Positions 1 through 7,899 of a stretch of DNA of 40,313 nucleotides are shown in pieces. This stretch comes from a virus. Lineage: Duplodnaviria; Caudoviricetes. The notes beneath the pieces were generated by a model. The model had not been told where the DNA came from. It ran no database searches and saw only the letters and a program-made list of their open reading frames with translations. The translations under genes and the position numbers were made by a program. The DNA is taken from the IMG/VR virus record IMGVR_UViG_3300021082_000063, positions 1 to 40,313 of that record, one strand, 5' to 3'. The first letter of the stretch is position 1. Each line of letters opens with the position of its first letter.

Positions 1-102
1 AGCGGCGCGGCTGGAGCAGCTGCACCGGCTCGATGGCGGAGACAGGAGCCTCGCCTTCGATCTGCTCACCGAAGCGGATTTGGTGGGCAGCGTTGGCGAA
101 GA
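1..102 (+). repeat. Left copy of imperfect 102-bp terminal direct repeat
   Basis: Aligns to 40212-40313 with 8 mismatches, all within positions 14-56; positions 57-102 are identical. Confidence 0.95.
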
Positions 103-655
103 TCATCTGCTCCTCGTTGGCGAGCTGGATCGACGACCACGCCTCCGGTGCAGCCAGCGCCTTGCGGCTCTGGTCGATCACCGAGAACGTGCCCTCGATC
201 ACCTTGGCGGCGACGTCCTTGCCGGAGTGACGGACCTTGAAGCTGGACAGCGTGTTGAGCCACGCCACCATGCTGTTGAGGCAGTTGATGCGGAAGAGAG
301 CCGACATCAGGTCGTAGGCCCCGGTGCCGTCGTTGGCGTTCTTCAGCATCATCTCCGGCACGGTGTCGCCGGTCTTGAACGTCACCGTCTCGTCGAGCTG
401 ACGAATGCGGAGCAGATGTTTGGTGAACAGCTTGCGATCCGGCAAGCGGGTGAGAGACTGCGAAGCGCCGACGACGCTGAAGCCTTCCTTCGCCAAGCCG
501 CGCACGACCTCGATGGTCGGGATCGGCATGAACTTTTCCGAACGCGATTGATGCGCCGTCGTTGCAAACACCGACGGGGCGAGCTGAAACAACTCGTCCT
601 CAGTGAGAGCGCGGGCGGTGCCATCGAAGCGAGCGGTGTTTGTGTAGACGGTCAT
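1..655 (-). CDS. DUF932/DUF945-family protein, N-terminal part (continues at 40313..39991 on circularisation)
   Basis: Not in the ORF track because it runs off the edge. ATG at 655 with an AAGGA RBS. Translates MTVYTNTARFDGTARALTEDELFQLAPSVFATTAHQSRSEKFMPIPTIEVV...KHLLRIR...NANDGTGAY...LFRINCLNSMV...RHSG, which are typical DUF932 motifs. Confidence 0.85.
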   Translation of the reverse strand, partial: MTVYTNTARFDGTARALTEDELFQLAPSVFATTAHQSRSEKFMPIPTIEVVRGLAKEGFSVVGASQSLTRLPDRKLFTKHLLRIRQLDETVTFKTGDTVPEMMLKNANDGTGAYDLMSALFRINCLNSMVAWLNTLSSFKVRHSGKDVAAKVIEGTFSVIDQSRKALAAPEAWSSIQLANEEQMIFANAAHQIRFGEQIEGEAPVSAIEPVQLLQPRR

Positions 656-701
656 CTGTGTAGTCCTTCTGTTGCTGGCCGCCGGTTGGCGACCGTGAGC
701 A

Positions 702-731
702 ATCGTAGTCCATTTTATATGGAGACGTCAA
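702..731 (-). promoter_or_regulatory. Sigma70-like promoter for DUF932 with CCAT-N5-ATGG operator in the spacer
   Basis: Minus strand reads TTGACG-N18-TACGAT; CCATATAAAATGG at 710-722. Confidence 0.7.
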
Positions 732-834
732 GCGCAATAAACACCAGCAAAATCAACGATTTATGGGACTAGGAACTTTCCTGCAGAGAAATGTGCTAGA
801 TAAATCCTACCAAGGGGCAATCGAGGAAACACCC

Positions 835-1038
835 ATGACCGAAGCGGCGCAGCAGTACAGCATCGAGTTCAATCAGGAAGAGATCGACAAGTTGACAAAG
901 GTCGCGGCGGCGCTGAAGGCTGCAGCCGGTCAGAACCCCGAATGGAACGAGCTGGCGGATTGGCTCTCCGGCATCATCGTCGATGACGAAACCGACGAGG
1001 GCGAACCCGACAAGCCGAAGCGGAAGAAAAAGAAATGA
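835..1038 (+). CDS. Hypothetical protein (67 aa)
   Basis: ATG at 835 after a GAGG RBS; overlaps the next gene (ATGA). Confidence 0.7.
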   Translation: MTEAAQQYSIEFNQEEIDKLTKVAAALKAAAGQNPEWNELADWLSGIIVDDETDEGEPDKPKRKKKK

Positions 1039-1343
1039 GTGTGCAGGATTACGATCACGAAGGTCCGTTGCAGACACGCGCAGCCGTCAAGTTCAAGAAT
1101 TGGAGTGACGGCTACGGTCTGGTGATCCGCAAGGAGAAGCTGGCGCAGGACGCCAAGAACTTTCGCGCCATCGCAAAGCTGCTCGGTGCAAACCAAGACC
1201 ATGAACATCAGACGTACTCGCAGATGCTGATGACGATGGCTGACCAGTTCCAGAACGCATCGTGCGGCTACGATCCGCAGGCGGAAGCAAAGCCATACGA
1301 CAAACCACCGGAGATGGCGGAGCCAGAGCCGGTCAAAGCGTAA
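1035..1343 (+). CDS. Hypothetical protein
   Basis: Translationally coupled ORF with coding-like codon usage. Confidence 0.75.
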   Translation: MSVQDYDHEGPLQTRAAVKFKNWSDGYGLVIRKEKLAQDAKNFRAIAKLLGANQDHEHQTYSQMLMTMADQFQNASCGYDPQAEAKPYDKPPEMAEPEPVKA

Positions 1344-1352
1344 GGGGTCACG

Positions 1353-2312
1353 ATGGCTGAAACCGAAGTCCCCGCTGACATCAGCGTCAGCGACAGCGAA
1401 CTATTCTCAAACGCCACCGCGCCGGAGCCGAAGCCGGAAACGCCGCCGCCACATCCGGCGGATGAAAGCCGTGACATCCACGGTCGTTTCCGTCCGCAGG
1501 GCGATCAGGCACCGAAGCCGCCCAGCGAGCCACCGGCACCTCCGCCTCCCGGCCAGCCTGCTCCGCAGCCGCCACCCGGTACACCGCCGCCGTCCGCATT
1601 GGTTCCCCCGCAGGATGACGCCAACGTGCCGTCGTGGCGGTTGCGCGAGGTCAACGAGCAGCGCGAGCGGCTGGCCCGTCAGATCGAGGAGCGCGACCTT
1701 CAGCTGCGCCATATGCAGCAGCGGATGGATCAATTCGAGAAGCAGCAATCGCCGGGGGAGGAGCTGCCCGATCCGCTGATCGACCCGCAGGGCTACCGGC
1801 GGGCGCTGGAGAACAAGTTCACCAGCGAACTCAAGACGCTGCAGCTCGAAAGCAATCTGCAGCTGACGCGGGCGACGACCGGCCCAATGTTCGACGAGGC
1901 CTATCAGGCCTTTATGCAGGCGGCGCAGGGCGATCCCGGCTTCGCCCGGCTGATCGTCAACTCGCCAAATCCCGGCGGCGCGATGGTCAATTGGTATAGG
2001 CGAGCCGTGACGCTGGCGAAGGTCGGCGACGATCCCGAAAAGTACGTCGAGGCCGAGATCGAGCGGCGCTTCGCCGATCCGCAATTCGTGTCCTCGTTGC
2101 TGGAGCGGGCGCGAGCCATCGCATCAGGCCAGCAGCTCGCGCCGCAGGGCAACGGAGCCGCGCCGCCACGGCAGAACAACGTGGTGCAGATACCGCCGTC
2201 GCTGTCGCGCGTCCCGTCCGGTTCGCCGACCGACAATCCGACCGGGGCCTACCACCTCGACGACGAAACTCTGTTCAGGGAAAGCCTTCCGCCCAATCGG
2301 CGGAACCGCTAG
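1353..2312 (+). CDS. Probable capsid scaffolding protein
   Basis: Lies directly upstream of the MCP. Pro-rich N-terminus, 'VPSWRLRE' followed by a coiled coil, and a C-terminal 'PPSLS' motif, as in podophage scaffolds. Confidence 0.7.
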   Translation: MAETEVPADISVSDSELFSNATAPEPKPETPPPHPADESRDIHGRFRPQGDQAPKPPSEPPAPPPPGQPAPQPPPGTPPPSALVPPQDDANVPSWRLREVNEQRERLARQIEERDLQLRHMQQRMDQFEKQQSPGEELPDPLIDPQGYRRALENKFTSELKTLQLESNLQLTRATTGPMFDEAYQAFMQAAQGDPGFARLIVNSPNPGGAMVNWYRRAVTLAKVGDDPEKYVEAEIERRFADPQFVSSLLERARAIASGQQLAPQGNGAAPPRQNNVVQIPPSLSRVPSGSPTDNPTGAYHLDDETLFRESLPPNRRNR

Positions 2313-2320
2313 AGTAGCCA

Positions 2321-2405
2321 CTCGCCTGCCGGGAGCGACATCCCGGCCTCGCCTGCTCGTCGAGCGATATCGACGGCCTCGCTGACGGACCCGCGACAGA
2401 GGTCT
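2321..2405 (+). repeat. Three tandem CTCGC-[stem]-GCGA(C/T)A-[stem] units (putative structured RNA leader)
   Basis: Units start at 2321, 2348 and 2378. The stems differ in sequence but each pairs (GCCGGGA/TCCCGGC; CGTCGA/TCGACG; GGACC/GGTCT). Confidence 0.7.
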
Positions 2406-2472
2406 GATCCGAAGCCTGTATCGCATCAACAGATGCCGCGCATCCGCGTCGGTGTCACAGCAGGAGGCCGAC

Positions 2473-3618
2473 ATGGCCGTTACGTCTATTCAGACGAACA
2501 ACAAGCTGATCCAGTACGTCAAGGACGTGAACCGCGAATACGTTCGCGAGAATGCCTTCAGCCCGTACATGGGCGAGGCGTCCAACAGCATCATCCGTCT
2601 CCGCATGGAGACGAAAAAGGGCGGCGAGCAGATCAACATCCCGCTGCTCGCGCGTCTGGTCGGCGCGGGCCTTTCGACCGGCACACTGGCCGGAGCCGAA
2701 GAGGCGCTCGACGACTACGGCTATCGCGTCTGGGTGGATTTCGCGCGTAACGCCGTTCGCACCAACAAGTACCAGAACCAGATCGACAGCGCCGACATCT
2801 TCGGCGAGGCGAAGCCTTCACTGTCGGATTGGGGCAAGGAGCTGCAGCGCAACGAGATCATCGCTGCATTGATGGCGCTGCCGACGGAAGCCGCGCCTGC
2901 CGGTCTTGCCAGCGCGGCGGGCCAGCGCGTCAACGGCATCCTGTTTCAGGCATCGACGGCTGCGGAGCGCAACGCTTTCAACGCCGCGAACGCCGACCGT
3001 CTGGTGTTCGGTGCGACGACAGCAAACTTCAGCGCCACCTTCCTGACGGCGCTGGACACCATCGACGCCACCGCCGACAAGATGAACGGCGCGGCGTTGT
3101 CGCTGCTCAAGTTCCAAGCGAAACACGCCAACCCGCGCATCCGGCCCTACATGCTGGAGAACGGTCGCGAGTATTTCGTGGCGTTCATGGGCGGCCTGCC
3201 GTTCCGCGATCTGAAGATCGATCTGAAACAGGTGAACGCCGACGCGCGCGAGCGCAACGTGGACACCAACCCCATCTTCCAAGATGGCGACCTGATGTAC
3301 GACGGTGTCGTCGCGCGTGAAATCCCCGAGATCGACGATCTCGTTCGCGTCGGCGGCGCGTGGAACACCATCCTGACCAACACCGGCACCGTGGCATGTC
3401 ACCCGGTGTTCCTGTGCGGCCAGAACGCCGTCTCGATGGCGTGGGGGCAGATGGCGAAGCCGACCTTCCTCAAGGAAGATGACTACCAGTTCAATACGGG
3501 TGCAGGCGTCGAGATGTGCTACGGCGTCGGCAAGACCTTCAAGAAGCATCCGAAGGCGAGCGCCGCCCTCAAGCAGTGGGGCGTGGTGACCGGCTTCTAC
3601 GCGGCATCCGCGACCTAA
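2473..3618 (+). CDS. Major capsid protein (N4-gp56/DUF4043-like)
   Basis: AGGAGG RBS at 2462-2467 before ATG 2473. Motifs SPYMG...GEQINIPLLARL...L.G.EE.L and FLCGQNA...DDYQF; about 380 aa; follows the scaffold. Confidence 0.88.
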   Translation: MAVTSIQTNNKLIQYVKDVNREYVRENAFSPYMGEASNSIIRLRMETKKGGEQINIPLLARLVGAGLSTGTLAGAEEALDDYGYRVWVDFARNAVRTNKYQNQIDSADIFGEAKPSLSDWGKELQRNEIIAALMALPTEAAPAGLASAAGQRVNGILFQASTAAERNAFNAANADRLVFGATTANFSATFLTALDTIDATADKMNGAALSLLKFQAKHANPRIRPYMLENGREYFVAFMGGLPFRDLKIDLKQVNADARERNVDTNPIFQDGDLMYDGVVAREIPEIDDLVRVGGAWNTILTNTGTVACHPVFLCGQNAVSMAWGQMAKPTFLKEDDYQFNTGAGVEMCYGVGKTFKKHPKASAALKQWGVVTGFYAASAT

Positions 3619-3632
3619 CTACACGCCAACTA

Positions 3633-3663
3633 CCCTCCCGGTTCGCGCCGGGAGGGGCCTTTC
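3633..3663 (+). terminator. Hairpin after capsid gene (weak intrinsic terminator)
   Basis: CCCTCCCGG-TTCGCG-CCGGGAGGG followed by GCCTTT (short U tract). Confidence 0.6.
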
Positions 3664-3681
3664 ACAGACGAGGGAAACACG

Positions 3682-3996
3682 ATGTCAAAGATGATGGTGA
3701 CGTGGCTTGGCGAGGACGATCAACATTTTGAAATCCTGTACGACGAGAACGGCAGGGAGCAGGAGCGGCGTCCCGTACCGGGTCCGTCGTTCACCTACAT
3801 GGGGGCCGGGCCGAATGCGATCCGGTTCGACAAGGACAAGCCGGTGCTGATCGACAGCGAGGCGGCGGGACTGAGCGCGGATCGCAAGCTGCTGGTCGAT
3901 AACATCCTCAAGCGAGCGCCCAGCATGAAGGCCCGGTTCAAGGTCGAGCCGGTGCAGGAGAAGGGGAAGCATGGCGACATACGGGACGCGCGATGA
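3682..3996 (+). CDS. Hypothetical virion-module protein
   Basis: GAGGG RBS; lies between the capsid and the head-tail adaptor. Confidence 0.7.
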   Translation: MSKMMVTWLGEDDQHFEILYDENGREQERRPVPGPSFTYMGAGPNAIRFDKDKPVLIDSEAAGLSADRKLLVDNILKRAPSMKARFKVEPVQEKGKHGDIRDAR

Positions 3997-4339
3997 GCTG
4001 ATAAGGGCCACCCTCGACGAGCTGAAGGTGACGTCCTACGGGACGCCAGCGTCAGCCGAGGAGCAGGATGCCGTAAACAAGCAGCTCGACGGCATCCTGA
4101 TGGAGCTGTCGGCGCGGACCATCGTGTCGGTGCCGGACACCGACGCGATACCAAGCGAGATCATGAAGCCGCTCAGTCAGGTGCTGGCGCGGCATCTCGG
4201 CTCGACCTTCAGCGTGATGGCTGACGAGCTGGACAAGATGTTCGGCGCGGAGGCGCATCCGCTGTCGCCGGAGAACCGCCTGCGCTCGATCAACCGGGCG
4301 GCTCCCGTCGGTACTCCAGTGCAGCCGGATTATTTCTGA
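3971..4339 (+). CDS. Head-to-tail adaptor (P22 gp4-like)
   Basis: 122-aa helical protein before the gp10-like gene, with a 'T..ELI..TL.EL' start. Confidence 0.6.
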   Translation: MATYGTRDELIRATLDELKVTSYGTPASAEEQDAVNKQLDGILMELSARTIVSVPDTDAIPSEIMKPLSQVLARHLGSTFSVMADELDKMFGAEAHPLSPENRLRSINRAAPVGTPVQPDYF

Positions 4340-5751
4340 TGAAGATCGAATTTCCGACGTCATCAAATCCCGGCACCGTGCCGCAGGAAGGCGACGGTCG
4401 GCTGATCAATGCAATGGTCGAAAAGACCGGCGACGTCATCAAATGGATCAGGCAGCCCGGCATCACGGAGTGGGCGACGTCGGCGAACGTCACGTTTCGC
4501 GGCCTCGCGATCTCGCGCGATAACGTGGTGTACGCTGCCTACAACGAGACGCTGAACCGGGTGGACACGTCGGCGGGCGGCCCGCAGCTGCTGGTCGGCA
4601 CGTTGCCCGGCGCGAGCAAGGCGCGGTTTGCGTTCAACCAGAACACCACGCCGGATCAGGTGGTGGTGTCGAACGGCGGCGCGTCGGTGTTCACGCCGAC
4701 GTCGGTCAGTCCGTATCCTGACGCCGATCTTCCGGTGGTGGTGGACGTCTGCTTCGGCATCGGGTTCTTCTTCTTCGTCACCAGCGCGGGGCGCTGCTAC
4801 TCGTCCGGCATCAACACCACGACAATCGATCCGGCGCATTTCATCACGGCGGAGGCAAAGCCGGACGGCTTGCTGCGCTGCTTGTATTTCAACGACCAGC
4901 TCTACTTGTTGGGGCCTGACAGCATCGAGGTGTGGGGCAAGCCGGTCAACCCGTCGCTGTTCCCGCTCAACCGGGTGACCGTTATCCCGCGCGGCATCGC
5001 CGGGCCGGACTGCGTGACCGGCACCGAGAACGGCATCGACCTTGGCCTGATCATCATCTCAAAGAACGATCAGGTGATGCGGATCAACGGCTACACGCCG
5101 GAGCGCATCTCGGTGCCGGACGTCGAACGCGCCATCGCCAACGTCGCCGACAAGACCACCATCGAGATGACGTCGTTCGTCAACGACGGCCATATGTACG
5201 TCAAGGTGCGGTCGCTGACGTGGTGTTGGCTGTACGATCTCACCACGCAGTGCTGGATTGAGCGCAAGTCCTACCTGTCGGAAACCTCGCGCACCGCGCA
5301 GGCGCTGTCGGCGCACGGCTTCTGGATCGTCGGCGACAAGAACACCGGCAATCTCGGCAAGGTCAACGCCAAGGATTTCACGGAGTACGGTCAGCCGCTG
5401 ATCTGGGAATGCTGGAGCAGGCGGCCCGAGACGTTTCCGTATCGCACGGTGGTCGGCCCGGCGCATTTCAATTTCGTGCCGGGGCAAGGTCAGGCGCTCG
5501 GCCTCGACCCGATCCAGCGCCGACCTCGCGTCAACATATCGTGGAGTGACGACGGCGGCGTCAGCTTCGTGCCGTTCCGCATTGCGGAGCTGAACCGGCA
5601 GTCGGTCACGCATCCCATGACGGCGAAGGTGCAGCTGACCGGATCGACCGGCGGCTACGGCAGGGTGTGGAAGGTCAGGGTGTCCGACCCGGTCTACGTT
5701 TCGTTCAAGGGCGGCGACATGCCGCGCATCTCGCGCCGGGCGGTGGCGTGA
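4339..5751 (+). CDS. Tail hub / packaged-DNA stabilisation protein (P22 gp10-like)
   Basis: 470 aa, beta-rich. Motifs AEAKPDGL, SIEVW, W.YDLTTQ.W.ER.S, SWSDDGG, R.WKVRVSDP. Confidence 0.85.
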   Translation: MKIEFPTSSNPGTVPQEGDGRLINAMVEKTGDVIKWIRQPGITEWATSANVTFRGLAISRDNVVYAAYNETLNRVDTSAGGPQLLVGTLPGASKARFAFNQNTTPDQVVVSNGGASVFTPTSVSPYPDADLPVVVDVCFGIGFFFFVTSAGRCYSSGINTTTIDPAHFITAEAKPDGLLRCLYFNDQLYLLGPDSIEVWGKPVNPSLFPLNRVTVIPRGIAGPDCVTGTENGIDLGLIIISKNDQVMRINGYTPERISVPDVERAIANVADKTTIEMTSFVNDGHMYVKVRSLTWCWLYDLTTQCWIERKSYLSETSRTAQALSAHGFWIVGDKNTGNLGKVNAKDFTEYGQPLIWECWSRRPETFPYRTVVGPAHFNFVPGQGQALGLDPIQRRPRVNISWSDDGGVSFVPFRIAELNRQSVTHPMTAKVQLTGSTGGYGRVWKVRVSDPVYVSFKGGDMPRISRRAVA

Positions 5752-5900
5752 TGCCGACGACGTCGCCGATCATTCCGCCAATGCCGCCACCGCAAATCCC
5801 GCTGATCGATCCGGTGACGGGCCTGATGGCGAAGCTGTGGTTCGAGTATTTCAGGGCGCTGGATCAGACGATGCGCCGCGTTCGTGCAGAGATACCGTAG
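5751..5900 (+). CDS. Small tail-associated protein (49 aa)
   Basis: TGATG overlap with the gp10-like gene; 'PLIDPVTGLMAKLWFEYF' resembles the small proteins found after gp10 in P22-like phages. Confidence 0.6.
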   Translation: MPTTSPIIPPMPPPQIPLIDPVTGLMAKLWFEYFRALDQTMRRVRAEIP

Positions 5901-5909
5901 AGGTGTGTC

Positions 5910-6695
5910 ATGGGAGTTTTTGGCGATCTGTTCAGCGGCAGCAAGGCCAAGGAGCCGTATTATCAAGCTGCGGCTGGCCGCGCAGCCGGTCTTGAGCAGG
6001 CAACCGGGACGCTGAACACCGGCTACGGTGACGCCTCGAAATATCTCGACACAGCAAGCGCACGGTTCGATCCGCTCGCCAAGACGGCGGGTCAGGGCTA
6101 CGACGCCTACGCGCAACTCTACGGCATCGGCGGCGGCGATCCGACGGCGGCGGTGCGGGCGCAACCCGGCTACCAGTTCTCGCAGGACGAAGGCCGCGAG
6201 CAAGTCATGCGCGCGTCGCTGGGGACCGGCGCAACCGGCCTGCAGTCCGGCAACACGCTGCAGTCGATCTTTGATCGCGGCAGGGACATCGGCGATACCA
6301 AGTGGCAGCAATACGCCGAGGGGCTGAAGCCGTTTCTTGCGCTCGCGCCGCAGATCGCCGGGGCGCAGGGCGGTTACAACGTCGGTCAGGCTGGCATCGA
6401 AACCGATCTCGCCAAGACGTTGTCGGGGTATCAGACCGGCACCGCGAACGCCAATTCGCAAAGCATCATCGACGCGCAGAACGCCAGCAACGCGGCGTCG
6501 AAGAACGTGTTCGATGCCGTGATGGGCGGCGTCAAGCTGGCTGCGTCGGCTGCGACCGGAATGCCAATGGGTGGCGGCGGGGGAGGTTCAGGGTTCGATC
6601 TCTCCCGCTTCCTCAATGGCGGGAACCCATCTTCGGCGGCTTACGGAACAAATCCGTTCACGCCATACGGCACAGTCAACCCGGCCTACGGTTAG
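5910..6695 (+). CDS. DNA ejection protein (P22 gp7-like)
   Basis: Gly/Ala-rich with 'PGYQF...G...V...G.LQSGNTL'; first gene of the ejection trio. Confidence 0.75.
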   Translation: MGVFGDLFSGSKAKEPYYQAAAGRAAGLEQATGTLNTGYGDASKYLDTASARFDPLAKTAGQGYDAYAQLYGIGGGDPTAAVRAQPGYQFSQDEGREQVMRASLGTGATGLQSGNTLQSIFDRGRDIGDTKWQQYAEGLKPFLALAPQIAGAQGGYNVGQAGIETDLAKTLSGYQTGTANANSQSIIDAQNASNAASKNVFDAVMGGVKLAASAATGMPMGGGGGGSGFDLSRFLNGGNPSSAAYGTNPFTPYGTVNPAYG

Positions 6696-6702
6696 GTGAA
6701 GC

Positions 6703-7899
6703 ATGGCTCAGTACGGTCCACCCAGCATTGCCGGGACAATCGACAGCACCGTCGATGCGATTGGCGGCGGCATCCGTGATTACCGCACCGGGCAGGCGCT
6801 GCAGAACCTTCCGCGCACGGCGGATGGCAGCATCGACTATCGCGAGGCTGCGGTGCAGATGGCTCGCGTCAACCCGGCGCTGTCGGCGCAGTTCCTGAAG
6901 ATGGAGGAGCTGCGGGGCCTGCAAGATTATCGCCAGCAGTCTCTCGGCATACAGCAGCAGCACGTCGATATCGCCAAGGACAAGAGCCAGAACATTCAGG
7001 CTGAAGGCAAGATTTTCCACTTTGGGCCGAACGGTCAGCTCAAGGGATATACTGACATCGAGACAGGCGTTCATACGGCTGCGGGAGCGGGTGGCGCACC
7101 GGCACCGCAGCAGCAGCCGCGCCCATCTCCGGTCAATGCGGGTGTCGGCAAGCAGCCGTCGCCTGATCATCTGCAGAAGCTGCAGGCCGATCCAAATCTC
7201 GCGCCCATGTTCGACGAGGTGTACGGACCCGGCTCGGCGCAACGGTATCTCGCTGGCGGAGGCCCCGCTGATCCGCGTCAGACACCGGCTGCTCCGGCAC
7301 AGCCGCCGCCGCAACCGGCTCCGGCTCCGGCTCCAGCGCCACCGCCATCGACGCGACCGACATCGACCGCTGCTCCGATCCTGAAGCCGCCTGCCGACCT
7401 GTCCTATTCGCAGCGTCAGGAGTGGATCAAGAACCGGATCAAGGAGCAGTCGAGTGTCGATAATCCCGAGCTGAAGAAATCAGACGACATTATCGAGAGC
7501 GGCAGAACCAGCTTGGCGAATTTGGCGGAGGTTGTGAAGCTGAACAAGAACGCCAAGGAGGGGCCGTTCGCTGAACAGCGCGCCTATGTTGGCGCACTGA
7601 CGGGGATCGGCGGCAAGCAGTCCGGCGTCGATACGCTTGTGCTGCAGAACAAGCTGACCAGCGGAATGCTGGAGCAGCTCCGCTCGACGTTCGGCGGCAA
7701 CCCGACCGAAGGCGAAAACAAGCTGCTGGCGAAGGTGACGGGTTCTGTCTCTCAACCAGCTGCTGTCAGGGCGGAGATTTTTGAGGATGCGTTGAGGCTG
7801 GTTCGTAGGCGCATCAAGTTCCAGCAGAAATACTCCAACGCGCAACGCATGGGTCAGTACATGGACCCGAACTACACCGACAACACGCCGGTAGATTAA
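6703..7899 (+). CDS. DNA ejection protein (gp20-position)
   Basis: Synteny, a Gln/Pro-rich linker, and the motifs 'FDEVYGPGSA' and 'FGGNPTEGE'. Confidence 0.65.
   Translation: MAQYGPPSIAGTIDSTVDAIGGGIRDYRTGQALQNLPRTADGSIDYREAAVQMARVNPALSAQFLKMEELRGLQDYRQQSLGIQQQHVDIAKDKSQNIQAEGKIFHFGPNGQLKGYTDIETGVHTAAGAGGAPAPQQQPRPSPVNAGVGKQPSPDHLQKLQADPNLAPMFDEVYGPGSAQRYLAGGGPADPRQTPAAPAQPPPQPAPAPAPAPPPSTRPTSTAAPILKPPADLSYSQRQEWIKNRIKEQSSVDNPELKKSDDIIESGRTSLANLAEVVKLNKNAKEGPFAEQRAYVGALTGIGGKQSGVDTLVLQNKLTSGMLEQLRSTFGGNPTEGENKLLAKVTGSVSQPAAVRAEIFEDALRLVRRRIKFQQKYSNAQRMGQYMDPNYTDNTPVD

Noticed and set aside
1-102. attL/attR of an integrated prophage
   Set aside because: No integrase or host flanks, and the repeat lies inside a phage gene that reads through on circularisation.
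2321-2405. Mini CRISPR array
   Set aside because: The constant parts are only 5-6 nt and the variable parts are self-complementary stems, not spacers; no cas genes.
7315-7335. CCGGCT microsatellite as a phase-variation tract
   Set aside because: An in-frame hexamer encoding a Pro-Ala linker; length change would not shift the frame.
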